Below, one piece after another: positions 1-8,814 of a stretch of 26,110 nucleotides of DNA. The notes under the pieces are model-generated. The model was not told where the DNA came from. It searched no databases and saw only the letters and a list, made by a program, of their open reading frames with translations. The translations under genes were made by a program, and so were the position numbers. Within the stretch, counting starts at the first letter, position 1. Each line of letters opens with the position of its first letter. The stretch is from IMG/VR virus record IMGVR_UViG_3300012231_000043, positions 1 to 26,110 of that record; one strand, written 5' to 3'. The stretch is from a virus (taxonomy: Duplodnaviria > Caudoviricetes).

Positions 1-6
1 CCATGG

Positions 7-198
7 TCAGGGCTGGGCATTGGGGGTGGTCAGAACAGCCCCGAAGGCCCCGGACGTGGCGATCAGGGTGCCGCCCAGGATGATCCACCACTCGGACTGG
101 GCGATGCCATCTTCTTGGGCAGCGGTGATGATGCCGGTACCGACAGTCCCGATTCCTGCCACGATGGCTCCAACGATGGCCTTGGCGATCTTGCTCAT
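7..198 (-). CDS. Holin, two transmembrane segments, 63 aa
   Basis: Two hydrophobic stretches (KAIVGAIVAGIGTVGTGII; EWWIILGGTLIATSGAFGAV) with a C-terminal ..PN. This resembles small actinophage holins as I recall them. Purine-rich RBS AGAAGGGA upstream. Confidence 0.7.
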   Translation of the reverse strand: MSKIAKAIVGAIVAGIGTVGTGIITAAQEDGIAQSEWWIILGGTLIATSGAFGAVLTTPNAQP

Positions 199-237
199 TG
201 AATTGTCCCTTCTTCTGTTTGTATGGTTTCTCTGCGG

Positions 238-477
238 TCAGTCGTCACGGTGAAGTTTCTCCACGTAGGAGGTCTCATGACTGGTACGATCTTCGGCCAG
301 GATATCGGACTCGATGCGCCGACCTTCTGCCCGGTCAGCCAAGGCAGCCATCGTCAGCCCGTTACTTGTCTTGACTTTCCTGTTGACAAGAATGACCCCC
401 ATGGCCGTGACCAGGGATGCCATGGCAGCGATAACGGCAGCCGCACCGAACAGGATGGTAGACGTGTCAGCCAACAT
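238..477 (-). CDS. Small single-pass membrane protein, 79 aa, possible lysis accessory
   Basis: Start moved to ATG 477 (MLADTSTILFG) because GGAGG lies just upstream. N-terminal hydrophobic helix then a charged tail; directly upstream of the holin. Confidence 0.6.
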   Translation of the reverse strand: MLADTSTILFGAAAVIAAMASLVTAMGVILVNRKVKTSNGLTMAALADRAEGRRIESDILAEDRTSHETSYVEKLHRDD

Positions 478-481
478 GGTT

Positions 482-539
482 CCTCCGTAAGGGGAGGATG
501 GGGCGCCGTACCGCACCCCACCCTCGACGGCTAACCATA
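482..539 (-). promoter_or_regulatory. Candidate -10 box and structured 5' leader of the lysis genes
   Basis: TATGGT at 539-534; hairpin with arms 525-513 and 506-494 (G-U pairs allowed); CCTCC (497-493) is complementary to the RBS GGAGG (486-482). Confidence 0.45.
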
Positions 540-541
540 GC

Positions 542-3500
542 TCAGATACCTTGCGTACCCAAGGCACCACCGGCAGCGTTCGCCCCTACGGACTGGCCAG
601 GCTGGGGTGACGGGCTAGGTCCTAAAGCTACCTGTTGCATCTGTGCCATGACAATGTCGTCCAGTGGCACTTGTGGGACATTGGTACCAGGAGCTACCGG
701 TGCTGCACTCGTCTGAGTTGTTTGCGGTAGTCCAGCAAAGGCATCCTTAGCCATAGCAAATGCCTGGCTCCTGTCGATGGGTTGAAATGCCTGTAGCTGT
801 TCGGGGGGTAGTTCATCCAACGCTTCCAGATACTTGACCAGCGACGGATATCGCATGGCTTCCTTCCAGTTCCCTGACTTGAGGGCCGCATTCAAGACCG
901 AGTTTGCTGACTTCCGTCTGGCGAGTTCAGCGGCGAACTGTTCTTGTGGGACATTGAACTGGCGTTCGACCATGGGAATGGTGAGGGTCGAGAGTAAGTA
1001 TCGTCCTGCCGCCGATGGGTCCCGTTGCAGCATCTCGTTGTATTGCCCATTCAGTCCCATGATGGCCAGAAGCGCAGCAGATTGCGGGACGATATTGCCG
1101 GTAAGAGCCTGGAAGAATCCTGGGGTCTCGGCTGCCATGCGTCCGGTCTCGGCGTCATACCGGAGCGACGGGTACAGTTCGGCCTTACCACGATCCAGTC
1201 CTACCATCTCAAAGGCGGTCTGCAAGACTGGGTTTGTATTGCCCAGGAATCCGGCCACGGTCATGCTGTTGGCTACGTCCCCGAACGGGTTGAATGGGCC
1301 GAGGTTGAATGCTCGCTGATTTCCCTTGTCATCCATGCCGCCGAAGAACAGGTTGGACATGAACCGAGTAGGCAGGCCCATCGAGTGGTCTTCCATTTCT
1401 GCTGCTGCCAACTTGGCCATCATCTCTGCCCGAAGTGGATGGTCGAATGGGTACCGGAGAACATATCGCATGGCATGCCCGATGAACCCGTAGAATGGGA
1501 TGAGGGACTTGACGATGTTGCGCTCGAAAGGTGTCATGCCTAGGTAGTCTTGGAGGATTCGTCGGGCGACACCCATGGCTCGATATCCGGCAACCTCTGC
1601 CGTGTATCCTTTGGCGATTCCCTTGTTGTATTCGTCCAGGTATGCGACCATGCGGTAGTAGTCATCGAACATACCGTTGAAGTCGTAAGACTTCTCGACT
1701 AGCCCTTTGAACTTCTCGCCGAACCTACCAGTGATCGGCTTACCTGGTGTCTTGCGGGCTTGAGCCTCGTCCCACCATCCACGCATCTTCTCCCCGACCA
1801 TATACTTGCGGACACCCTCGACAACCTTGCCCTTCTGTAGGTCATCGAGTTCCAACATGGTCCGCTTCTGGGAACCGATCAGGCCGACCATTTCCTCAGG
1901 GATAAGGGTGTGATCCCTCATCATGGCCCGTGCCTCATTACCATACTTGAACAACGCCGTGGGTGATTGCAGGAACGTGGATACCATTCCGCCCACCATG
2001 TTATACATCTGGGTACGGAGGCTGAGTCCTGTTGTGGCAATACGGAAGGTCTTAGTGATCGGATCGAAGATGCCGCCCAGGATGGAGTGCGGGTCTGTCA
2101 AACTCTTAAGGTTCTTATATACCTCCATGGGAACATAGATTTGTTCGCTCTTGAGTTGGTTGACATACGGACTGCCCCAGTTGTAGCCAAGTTCCTCTGG
2201 ATCCAATGCCCGGTATCGTTCCGTGATAAGCTTGGTCTTGTGTCCCTCGTAATTCAGAGCCGAGGACTTGCCTGCTCGCCACCTTGCCGGTTCGTGAAAC
2301 ATGGTGTTCAGTTCGGCCAAGGTGTAGCCATAGTTGTCTGCGATCCAGTGCAACTGTGCTTCCCGGACGCCTTCCGACATGAACTGCATGGCATGGTCGT
2401 TGATCGAGACTGTTATGTCTTTCAACGTGGGGGCCATGTTGTCTCGACGTAGCTTGGTGGCCTGTGCGTCTACTGGCACAATGTTCTCACCGAACCGAAG
2501 TGACTGTTCGACTCTGTTGGGTGTCACACTGTGACGAAAGATGGGGTCGAATCCATCTGCCTTCATGGCCATGACTGTTCGTGCAGCCTCTTTCTGGGCT
2601 TGGCTATACATGCGTTCAGTGAAACCGGGGATGCCAGCTAGTTCCCCGGCGTCTCTGGCCCGCAATATGGCCTCAACACTTGCAGCAGTTCCGGTGTCAA
2701 GAATGTCCTGGTTGACCTCGATGAGTTTACGGGCGACAATATCCCGTGTAATCTCCTGCGCCTTGGGCTTGAACCTTGCCGGAAGATTCTCCATCTCAAG
2801 TTTGCCCAATGAACCCTTGGCGGTTGCCACGCCATCCAAGGTGGCTTGCTTGAAAGTGGAATTGTCCATGAGGCGTGCAGTGTCCCTAAGGTTCCTGACA
2901 CCACGAACGAATGCCGGATCAGCACCACGCAGAGAATCAAGTGCATCAGTTACACCTTTCCATTCATGACGAGCGATACCGTTGACCAGGTCACGGTATG
3001 CAATGCTCTCCCCAGAATGCAGCTTGGCGTACTCCAATACCTGTTCCATGGTCATGCTGTCCATGGTGTCAAGTTGGATACGACCTTCATGCAGGTCTTC
3101 GATCGCCCGCTGAAATCGTCCGCTGGCGATACCGCCGCCCTTCTTGCTGGCTAGCTCATCCAGGATGCCGGTATCGTGTCCGGCGTTTCGGAGCGCCTGC
3201 CTAGTACCACGCCATGAAAGCAGGAGTTCCTTAGCCCCCACTTCGCCAGCCTCAATAGACCGGGCACGTTCGATGGCAGGCATCCTACCTCGCCTGCCCG
3301 GCTTCTTACCCGGTGCCCGCAATCGTTGAGTAAGGATACCGACAGCATCCATAGGGTCCCCGCCAAGAATAGCGTTTCGGACAGTGTGGAGGGTTTCCCG
3401 TTCTTGAACCCTGGCTCGGGCTTCTCGGAGCATGGTGCCTGTCTTGATGTCATAGACTTCCCCTCCGTATTCCAGGTTGCGTGAGTTGCGGAGCGTCCAG

Positions 3501-4672
3501 TCCGTCAAGGGTGGTAGAATCTCCGTGTTGTATACAGAGATGGCAGCTAGCTGGGCATCATCTAGCCCGGTGTAGATATCGTCATCCATGGCTTGCCAGA
3601 TTGCTGACATGCGATCCATGCCTTCGACGCTGGTTAGTGTCGGATCAATTTGTCCGAGTTGGGCACGGAAATCATGGGCAGCCTTGGTGATGGCCTCAAT
3701 CTCGTTACGTGGTGCCAGCTTCCCTTCCAGTACAGCATTGCCTTCTGCCGGTATCCTGTTCAGTCCGAACATGAGGTCCTGTTGGGTGCGTCCGAAATGT
3801 TGTGTGAGGAATTGACCGAGTCGAGTAGACCGAATGTTGTCCACAAACTCACCGGCTGGACTGCGGACTGGCAACCCATCTTCCCCGATACGGTTGAACA
3901 TTGCTGTCGAAATTGGTCGGTCAGCCATCCGATCAAGTTGTCGGAAATCGCGAGTGCTAAGGGTGGTAGTTTCCCTCCCTCGACGGGCAGCTTGAACGAC
4001 CTCATCCACGGCCCGGAACGTCCCCGTAGCCTTGGCAGCGACGTTGGCTGCCGGGAGAACATCGAGCGCCGTCATCACAGGATGCCGGAGAAGTTCACCC
4101 GGCTGACCTGAGGCAACTGAACCCACGACAAAAGCACCGGGCAACAACCGGATACCAGGTGCCTGGGCGAGACCGGCGAGCGGATTGGGTCCAGCCTTCA
4201 TCGCCTCAGGAATTTGCGGGATGGCCTGGGCTTCGTGAACCAAGGCAAGAGGCATGCGAGGAATTGCCTTGACGATATCCCCGATGTCCTTGATGGCGTT
4301 ACCGGCTACAGCCCATGGCGTCGAGATTGATCGTTGCGGCTCAGGGGTTACCTGGGTGCGGGTACGGGCAGCTTCCAGGGCGGCCCTGGTCTCGTCTTCA
4401 CTGAGGGGTGATTGTCCGTTCTTGACCCGTTGAGCATCAAAGTCCATCATGGCATTGATGAGTGTGGGGTCGTACTCTGCCGCCAGGGTCTGCATGTAAC
4501 CAGACCACTTGTTCTGTAAGGCGGTTTGTGCCCGTGGGGCATTGACGATGAGTCGAGGCTGACGGTCCGTCAAGGGGGAGAATGCCCGGACGGGATCAGG
4601 CACCAGTCCGCCAAGTTCGACTTGCGGGACGTTCTCTAGCCAACCGGACAGGCCGAAGTCAGCGGTCGCCAT
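542..4672 (-). CDS. Large putative internal virion / DNA ejection protein, 1376 aa
   Basis: Start moved to ATG 4672 (TAATG overlap with the amidase stop). Mostly helical composition. The C-terminal third (FDDYYRMVAY..ARRILQDY..TPFERNIVKSLIPFYGF) resembles conserved regions of large podovirus internal proteins. Last gene of the structural block. Confidence 0.6.
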   Translation of the reverse strand: MATADFGLSGWLENVPQVELGGLVPDPVRAFSPLTDRQPRLIVNAPRAQTALQNKWSGYMQTLAAEYDPTLINAMMDFDAQRVKNGQSPLSEDETRAALEAARTRTQVTPEPQRSISTPWAVAGNAIKDIGDIVKAIPRMPLALVHEAQAIPQIPEAMKAGPNPLAGLAQAPGIRLLPGAFVVGSVASGQPGELLRHPVMTALDVLPAANVAAKATGTFRAVDEVVQAARRGRETTTLSTRDFRQLDRMADRPISTAMFNRIGEDGLPVRSPAGEFVDNIRSTRLGQFLTQHFGRTQQDLMFGLNRIPAEGNAVLEGKLAPRNEIEAITKAAHDFRAQLGQIDPTLTSVEGMDRMSAIWQAMDDDIYTGLDDAQLAAISVYNTEILPPLTDWTLRNSRNLEYGGEVYDIKTGTMLREARARVQERETLHTVRNAILGGDPMDAVGILTQRLRAPGKKPGRRGRMPAIERARSIEAGEVGAKELLLSWRGTRQALRNAGHDTGILDELASKKGGGIASGRFQRAIEDLHEGRIQLDTMDSMTMEQVLEYAKLHSGESIAYRDLVNGIARHEWKGVTDALDSLRGADPAFVRGVRNLRDTARLMDNSTFKQATLDGVATAKGSLGKLEMENLPARFKPKAQEITRDIVARKLIEVNQDILDTGTAASVEAILRARDAGELAGIPGFTERMYSQAQKEAARTVMAMKADGFDPIFRHSVTPNRVEQSLRFGENIVPVDAQATKLRRDNMAPTLKDITVSINDHAMQFMSEGVREAQLHWIADNYGYTLAELNTMFHEPARWRAGKSSALNYEGHKTKLITERYRALDPEELGYNWGSPYVNQLKSEQIYVPMEVYKNLKSLTDPHSILGGIFDPITKTFRIATTGLSLRTQMYNMVGGMVSTFLQSPTALFKYGNEARAMMRDHTLIPEEMVGLIGSQKRTMLELDDLQKGKVVEGVRKYMVGEKMRGWWDEAQARKTPGKPITGRFGEKFKGLVEKSYDFNGMFDDYYRMVAYLDEYNKGIAKGYTAEVAGYRAMGVARRILQDYLGMTPFERNIVKSLIPFYGFIGHAMRYVLRYPFDHPLRAEMMAKLAAAEMEDHSMGLPTRFMSNLFFGGMDDKGNQRAFNLGPFNPFGDVANSMTVAGFLGNTNPVLQTAFEMVGLDRGKAELYPSLRYDAETGRMAAETPGFFQALTGNIVPQSAALLAIMGLNGQYNEMLQRDPSAAGRYLLSTLTIPMVERQFNVPQEQFAAELARRKSANSVLNAALKSGNWKEAMRYPSLVKYLEALDELPPEQLQAFQPIDRSQAFAMAKDAFAGLPQTTQTSAAPVAPGTNVPQVPLDDIVMAQMQQVALGPSPSPQPGQSVGANAAGGALGTQGI

Positions 4673-5391
4673 TACAACCCCGGAATGCCGTGTGCGACTC
4701 CCCGTCGCTGGCAAGAGTGGATATAGGCGACGACACGGTCGAACACGAATTGCCGGATACCGGCACACTGCGCCTTACGGGCCTTGCCTGGACAGGTCTT
4801 CCCCGCCACGTTCGTCCATGCCTTCTTGCCGACACCAAGATATGGGAACTTGGTGTGGTAGTCGATACCCTTGCCATCCCACTGGATGACTTCATTGCAG
4901 CCGGTACCGTATTGGCATTGCAGGGCTGTTGCCACTCGGACGATGCCGACAACTTGCACCCAGTTCCAAGGTGTGACATCGAGGGAGACCGCACCCATGT
5001 CGCCAGTCTCGATTGAGATGGCACCATAATACGTAGTGCCATCCCCGGAAAGCCACCGGTTGGCGGAGTAGTTGCAGTCCGCCCGACGATTGATCGACAT
5101 GAACTGTCCGATGATTCCATCGTTGTCAATGTCGAAGTGGGGTTCCCCGGTCACGCTGGCGTTGTTGACCCACCCCCAAAGCTGCCACCACTTAGCAGGA
5201 GTGGTCCCTGCATTGGTATGCAGGATCACACTACGGGGCGTGATGAGAGGTTGGGTGTTGTTCTCGGGGATCGGCTTCCAGATAGCAACAGACCCCTCAC
5301 GGGGACCCATGAAGATGCCAGGACCCTGTTGGAAGTAGTACCCCTCGTTGACTTCCTGTAATGCTGCGTATTGGTGAATGTCGGTAAACAT
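4672..5391 (-). CDS. N-acetylmuramoyl-L-alanine amidase (Amidase_2-like, zinc-dependent)
   Basis: Motifs VILHTN, HFDIDNDG, AISIET, DYH and KTCPG match the His/His/Cys zinc-ligand pattern of Amidase_2. Start is ATG 5391 (TGATG overlap) or GTG 5394. Confidence 0.85.
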   Translation of the reverse strand: MFTDIHQYAALQEVNEGYYFQQGPGIFMGPREGSVAIWKPIPENNTQPLITPRSVILHTNAGTTPAKWWQLWGWVNNASVTGEPHFDIDNDGIIGQFMSINRRADCNYSANRWLSGDGTTYYGAISIETGDMGAVSLDVTPWNWVQVVGIVRVATALQCQYGTGCNEVIQWDGKGIDYHTKFPYLGVGKKAWTNVAGKTCPGKARKAQCAGIRQFVFDRVVAYIHSCQRRGVAHGIPGL

Positions 5392-6650
5392 CACGCTCCC
5401 ATGAACTGTTGCATCATTGTCTGAGTTTGATCCACGACCACCTGCTCGGATGGCTTCAACTGCGAAGGTGACTGGGCGACCTGTTGGGCGTAGGCGGCGA
5501 GCGTATCCATCTGGGCTGTGTACTGCTGAGCAGCCTGGGACTTCATGGCTCCTGCTGTTGCCGGGTCACTGATGGCGTTGGCGGCTTCCAACTGGATATC
5601 GAATGCTTGCTTGGCGGCTGTCGATGACCGATCGACCATCCGGGAATACACCGGGCCGAACTGTGCCTGCATCTGCATCTTCATCTGTTGAGTCTGATTC
5701 CTCTGTGATGCCTCCATGAGGAACGACGGGACTGTCTGGGCGAGTCCAGCCAGATACGACTCCAGACCAGCTTGATCCTTGGCGTTCTTGTAGAATTCCG
5801 TTGTGGCAGCAACCTGTAGGCGAATCTGGGTGGCGGTGTCCTGGTCGATACCGAAGGCCGGGTTGTTGATGAGTTCGTTGATGGTTTCATTGGCCATCGT
5901 AATCTTCTTGTCCATCTTTTCCTCGGCGGTATCATTGTCGCCCAAGACAGCATTGCCGATACCGAACAGGGCTGCCCCACCAAGTGCCGCCCAACCTACT
6001 GGACCACCAAGTGCCAGGGCGATACCGGCACCCAAGCCAGCACCGATAGCACCGCCCTTGAGTGCCTGATCCATGTTGCTGTTCTCGCCACCGAAGTCCT
6101 GTGAGTCAAGCCACCCGGAAGCAACGAGACCGGCGACGGCTGCGGCACCACCCTTCATGATGGAACCCTTGCCGATGTTGGCCCCCGACAATGCGGGGAA
6201 AGCCGACCGCATACGACTGCCGAGTGTGGTTGCCGCCACGTCATCCACAGACGAGAGTACTGCATCGTCTGCCACGCTGGCGACACTGCTAACGGCGGAT
6301 GGTACAGCGGCAGCAACGGGGCCTGCGCTCGGACCTGCACCAGCATACATAGCCGGATTGGGTGCCGTCAGACTCGGGGCCATCTTCGGCGCCACGGCGG
6401 CAGGGGCGATCTGGGATGCCAACTGAGCAGCCGGAGATTGTGCCGCATTGCCGAGACCGGCCAGAACACGGGGCTGTGTTGCCTGCTGGGTCATCTGTGC
6501 CAGAGACTGGTTGACCCTGTAGAGGTCTTCCGGTGTGGAGGCAATGGGGAATTGCTGAGTTGGGTTGACCGGCAGGGTTGCTGGGTTGGCCGTACTGGCG
6601 GCCACCGACTGAGAGACCTGTTGAAGGAAGTCATCGAGAAAGCCAGGCAT
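5391..6650 (-). CDS. Putative ejection / DNA transfer protein with glycine-zipper hydrophobic segments, 419 aa
   Basis: Ala/Gln-rich; GGAIGAGLGAGIALALGGPVGWAALGGAALFGIG is a GxxxG array. ATG 6650 lies just after the upstream stop. Follows the tail genes. Confidence 0.55.
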   Translation of the reverse strand: MPGFLDDFLQQVSQSVAASTANPATLPVNPTQQFPIASTPEDLYRVNQSLAQMTQQATQPRVLAGLGNAAQSPAAQLASQIAPAAVAPKMAPSLTAPNPAMYAGAGPSAGPVAAAVPSAVSSVASVADDAVLSSVDDVAATTLGSRMRSAFPALSGANIGKGSIMKGGAAAVAGLVASGWLDSQDFGGENSNMDQALKGGAIGAGLGAGIALALGGPVGWAALGGAALFGIGNAVLGDNDTAEEKMDKKITMANETINELINNPAFGIDQDTATQIRLQVAATTEFYKNAKDQAGLESYLAGLAQTVPSFLMEASQRNQTQQMKMQMQAQFGPVYSRMVDRSSTAAKQAFDIQLEAANAISDPATAGAMKSQAAQQYTAQMDTLAAYAQQVAQSPSQLKPSEQVVVDQTQTMMQQFMGA

Positions 6651-6651
6651 G

Positions 6652-8121
6652 TCATGCACCGATCAGTTGGTAAAGGAACTGGTTGAATTGCTGTACCCGG
6701 TCAGCGTCACCTTGAAGGTATGCCGAGTTCATGTCGCTGATAAGTTGCGTCAGGTTGATGTTGTTGCGTTGGGTTGCTGTAGCCAGGGTCTGAGTGATGT
6801 CCTTGCTCTGGATACCAAGAGTACGTGCCATGGATTGGAGCGCCTGGTCTGCGTACTTGTTGTCCTGTAGCTGCTTGTTGATGGAGGCGGCTGTGGCGGT
6901 GTAGTCCCGTCCAGCTTGTCCGATGCCGTACTGGTAGTTGAGTACGTCACCCTGGTAGTTGCGAGAGTTATCACCAAGCTGCTTCTGGTAATCAGCTACG
7001 TCACCGACGTAACGTCGATCCAGATTGCCTCGTCCGTAGTCGATGTCTCGGAGTTGCCCGGTTGTAGAGTCCCGTTGCTGTTCGTAGGTGTTCCATGCTG
7101 CCTCCCGATTGAGGCCAGCCAATTCACCGATGTCCGAGATGTTGTCTCGGAAACCTGCCGACCCGAAAGCACCCCTGCCTGCCGCATCGGACGTGGCGGC
7201 TCGCCTGTTGGACGATTCTTGCAGGTTGGTCCTGTTGGTCTGATTCTCCAAATCGGCTGCGGCGTAACCGTAACCGAGACGTGCCTGGTCGGCCATGGCG
7301 GCGGACTGTGCCTGGTCTGCACCGAACTGTTCGGTTGTCCGACCCCAAACCCCTCGAACGTAGTCCTGATCTGCCACGAACTGACCATTGCGAAGTTGCC
7401 ACTGACCCTTGATACGGCCAATGTCAGCGTCACGCTGTTGACCCGCCAGACCGAGATTCGTGTTGGCAAGTTGATTGGAATTCTGTAGGGAAAGCCTGTC
7501 GAGACTGTTACGGTTCTGCTGCTCGAAATTCAGACCGAGTTGATTGATGGCAGACCGCTTGAGCGCATCGTTGTTCAGACTGTTGATGGAACTTGCCGAA
7601 CCAATACCACCGGTAAGTTGACCGAGTGCCCGTGCTTGAGTTGATCGGAGCCAGGCGTCGTATTGGCTGGCAAGCGTACCTGCCGCCTGTGATTGCCGTT
7701 CCATGGCGTCGGCCGAACCCGACATGGTCTGGTCGATGAGAACCTTCTGGGCATCTTCTGGCCGGACAGTGTCCAGGGGGTATGGCTGTCCAGGGTACCG
7801 CTTGGCCCAGTCTGATGGGAGGATAACGACCTGCCCATCGTAAGGCAGCATCGGTACTTGGTATGGCTGGGGATACTGCCCACTGGGACCAGGAGGACCG
7901 GCTGCCGGACGAACTGGCAGGTTCGGATTCGTCGGTGAATTCGGTACGAGCGGAGTTGACGGATTGGGGATGGTGCCCGTAGGTACCGGAGAGGATGGCG
8001 GCGGAGGGGGTGGCGTGGTCGTTGTCGTGGTCTGCTTGGGTGGCGAAGTTGTGCCGGTCGGCGGTGCCGACTGGCGGGGCCGGGTACCCGGTTGGGCGTA
8101 AGGCTGGACTCCGAATGCCAT
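6652..8121 (-). CDS. Putative internal virion / ejection protein, 489 aa
   Basis: Pro/Thr-rich N-terminus, then a long Gln/Ala/Asn-rich helical region. TGATG-coupled to the adaptor gene. Confidence 0.5.
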   Translation of the reverse strand: MAFGVQPYAQPGTRPRQSAPPTGTTSPPKQTTTTTTPPPPPPSSPVPTGTIPNPSTPLVPNSPTNPNLPVRPAAGPPGPSGQYPQPYQVPMLPYDGQVVILPSDWAKRYPGQPYPLDTVRPEDAQKVLIDQTMSGSADAMERQSQAAGTLASQYDAWLRSTQARALGQLTGGIGSASSINSLNNDALKRSAINQLGLNFEQQNRNSLDRLSLQNSNQLANTNLGLAGQQRDADIGRIKGQWQLRNGQFVADQDYVRGVWGRTTEQFGADQAQSAAMADQARLGYGYAAADLENQTNRTNLQESSNRRAATSDAAGRGAFGSAGFRDNISDIGELAGLNREAAWNTYEQQRDSTTGQLRDIDYGRGNLDRRYVGDVADYQKQLGDNSRNYQGDVLNYQYGIGQAGRDYTATAASINKQLQDNKYADQALQSMARTLGIQSKDITQTLATATQRNNINLTQLISDMNSAYLQGDADRVQQFNQFLYQLIGA

Positions 8122-8789
8122 CAGTCAAACTCCGTCAGCCATCGAGGAAACATGCCGGTTCCCGTGAACTGGAATTCTCCCAAGGAATCATCCGTGGCGG
8201 CATTCTCGATAGCTGCCACGACCTTTGCCTCGTACTGCATGAAGACATCCTTCCAATGTTCCTGCCGGTCTCGTCTGAGGGCGCAGAACTCGGCATAGTC
8301 CAAGATGGCTTCATACCAATTCTCGTCTACGTCAAGATTGCCGGTTCCGGCTTCAACATTGATTCCACTCGGAACCTTGGGTCCGTAGAGATAGAGGGTG
8401 CCATCCCGGATCGGAATGGGCATGAGTTGCACCTTCAAAACCGGCGAATGACCATAAGTGCTGTAACACACGGGATCACTGCCGGTCTCGTTGACGTACC
8501 GTTGCAGGGTCTCGAATGCCCGTGCTTCCAGAGGACGCTTCCACGAATCGGCATCCGGCTTCCAAAGCAGGTGTTCGATAGCGAGGATGCTTGAGTCCAG
8601 GGTGTACTCACCAGTATTGGCGGTCACGTCCACAGTGGATTGATCGGAGAACAGGCGGGTCCGGCGTGCCCAGTCCCGGAGACCTTCATTCATCCAACGA
8701 CGTAGCTCCACGTCAAACCACTGAGCCTCGGCCGGTTCGTCCAGCCGTTCCCGCAAAGTGGTGACAGCGGTAGTGACAGCGATGGTCAT
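8121..8789 (-). CDS. Head-tail adaptor (tail tubular A-like), 222 aa
   Basis: LRERLDEP..WFDVELRRWMNEGLRDWARRT..VTANTGEYTL and C-terminal helices match the pattern of podovirus adaptors. Start moved to ATG 8789. Confidence 0.7.
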   Translation of the reverse strand: MTIAVTTAVTTLRERLDEPAEAQWFDVELRRWMNEGLRDWARRTRLFSDQSTVDVTANTGEYTLDSSILAIEHLLWKPDADSWKRPLEARAFETLQRYVNETGSDPVCYSTYGHSPVLKVQLMPIPIRDGTLYLYGPKVPSGINVEAGTGNLDVDENWYEAILDYAEFCALRRDRQEHWKDVFMQYEAKVVAAIENAATDDSLGEFQFTGTGMFPRWLTEFD

Positions 8790-8802
8790 GGGAAGCAACC
8801 TA
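8790..8802 (-). promoter_or_regulatory. Candidate leaderless promoter of the adaptor/ejection genes
   Basis: TAGGTT (8802-8797), 7 nt, then ATG. No Shine-Dalgarno (SD) sequence in the short intergenic gap. Confidence 0.4.
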
Positions 8803-8814
8803 CATCAAGGTCGG

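Noticed and set aside
1-6. Possible next gene starting at ATG 4 on the minus strand
   Set aside because: It is truncated by the window edge and cannot be assessed.
4673-4768. Longer N-terminal starts in the ORF track (also 22517, 22997, 25573, 570, 19461)
   Set aside because: Downstream ATGs fit stop-start overlaps, RBSs or -10 spacing better.
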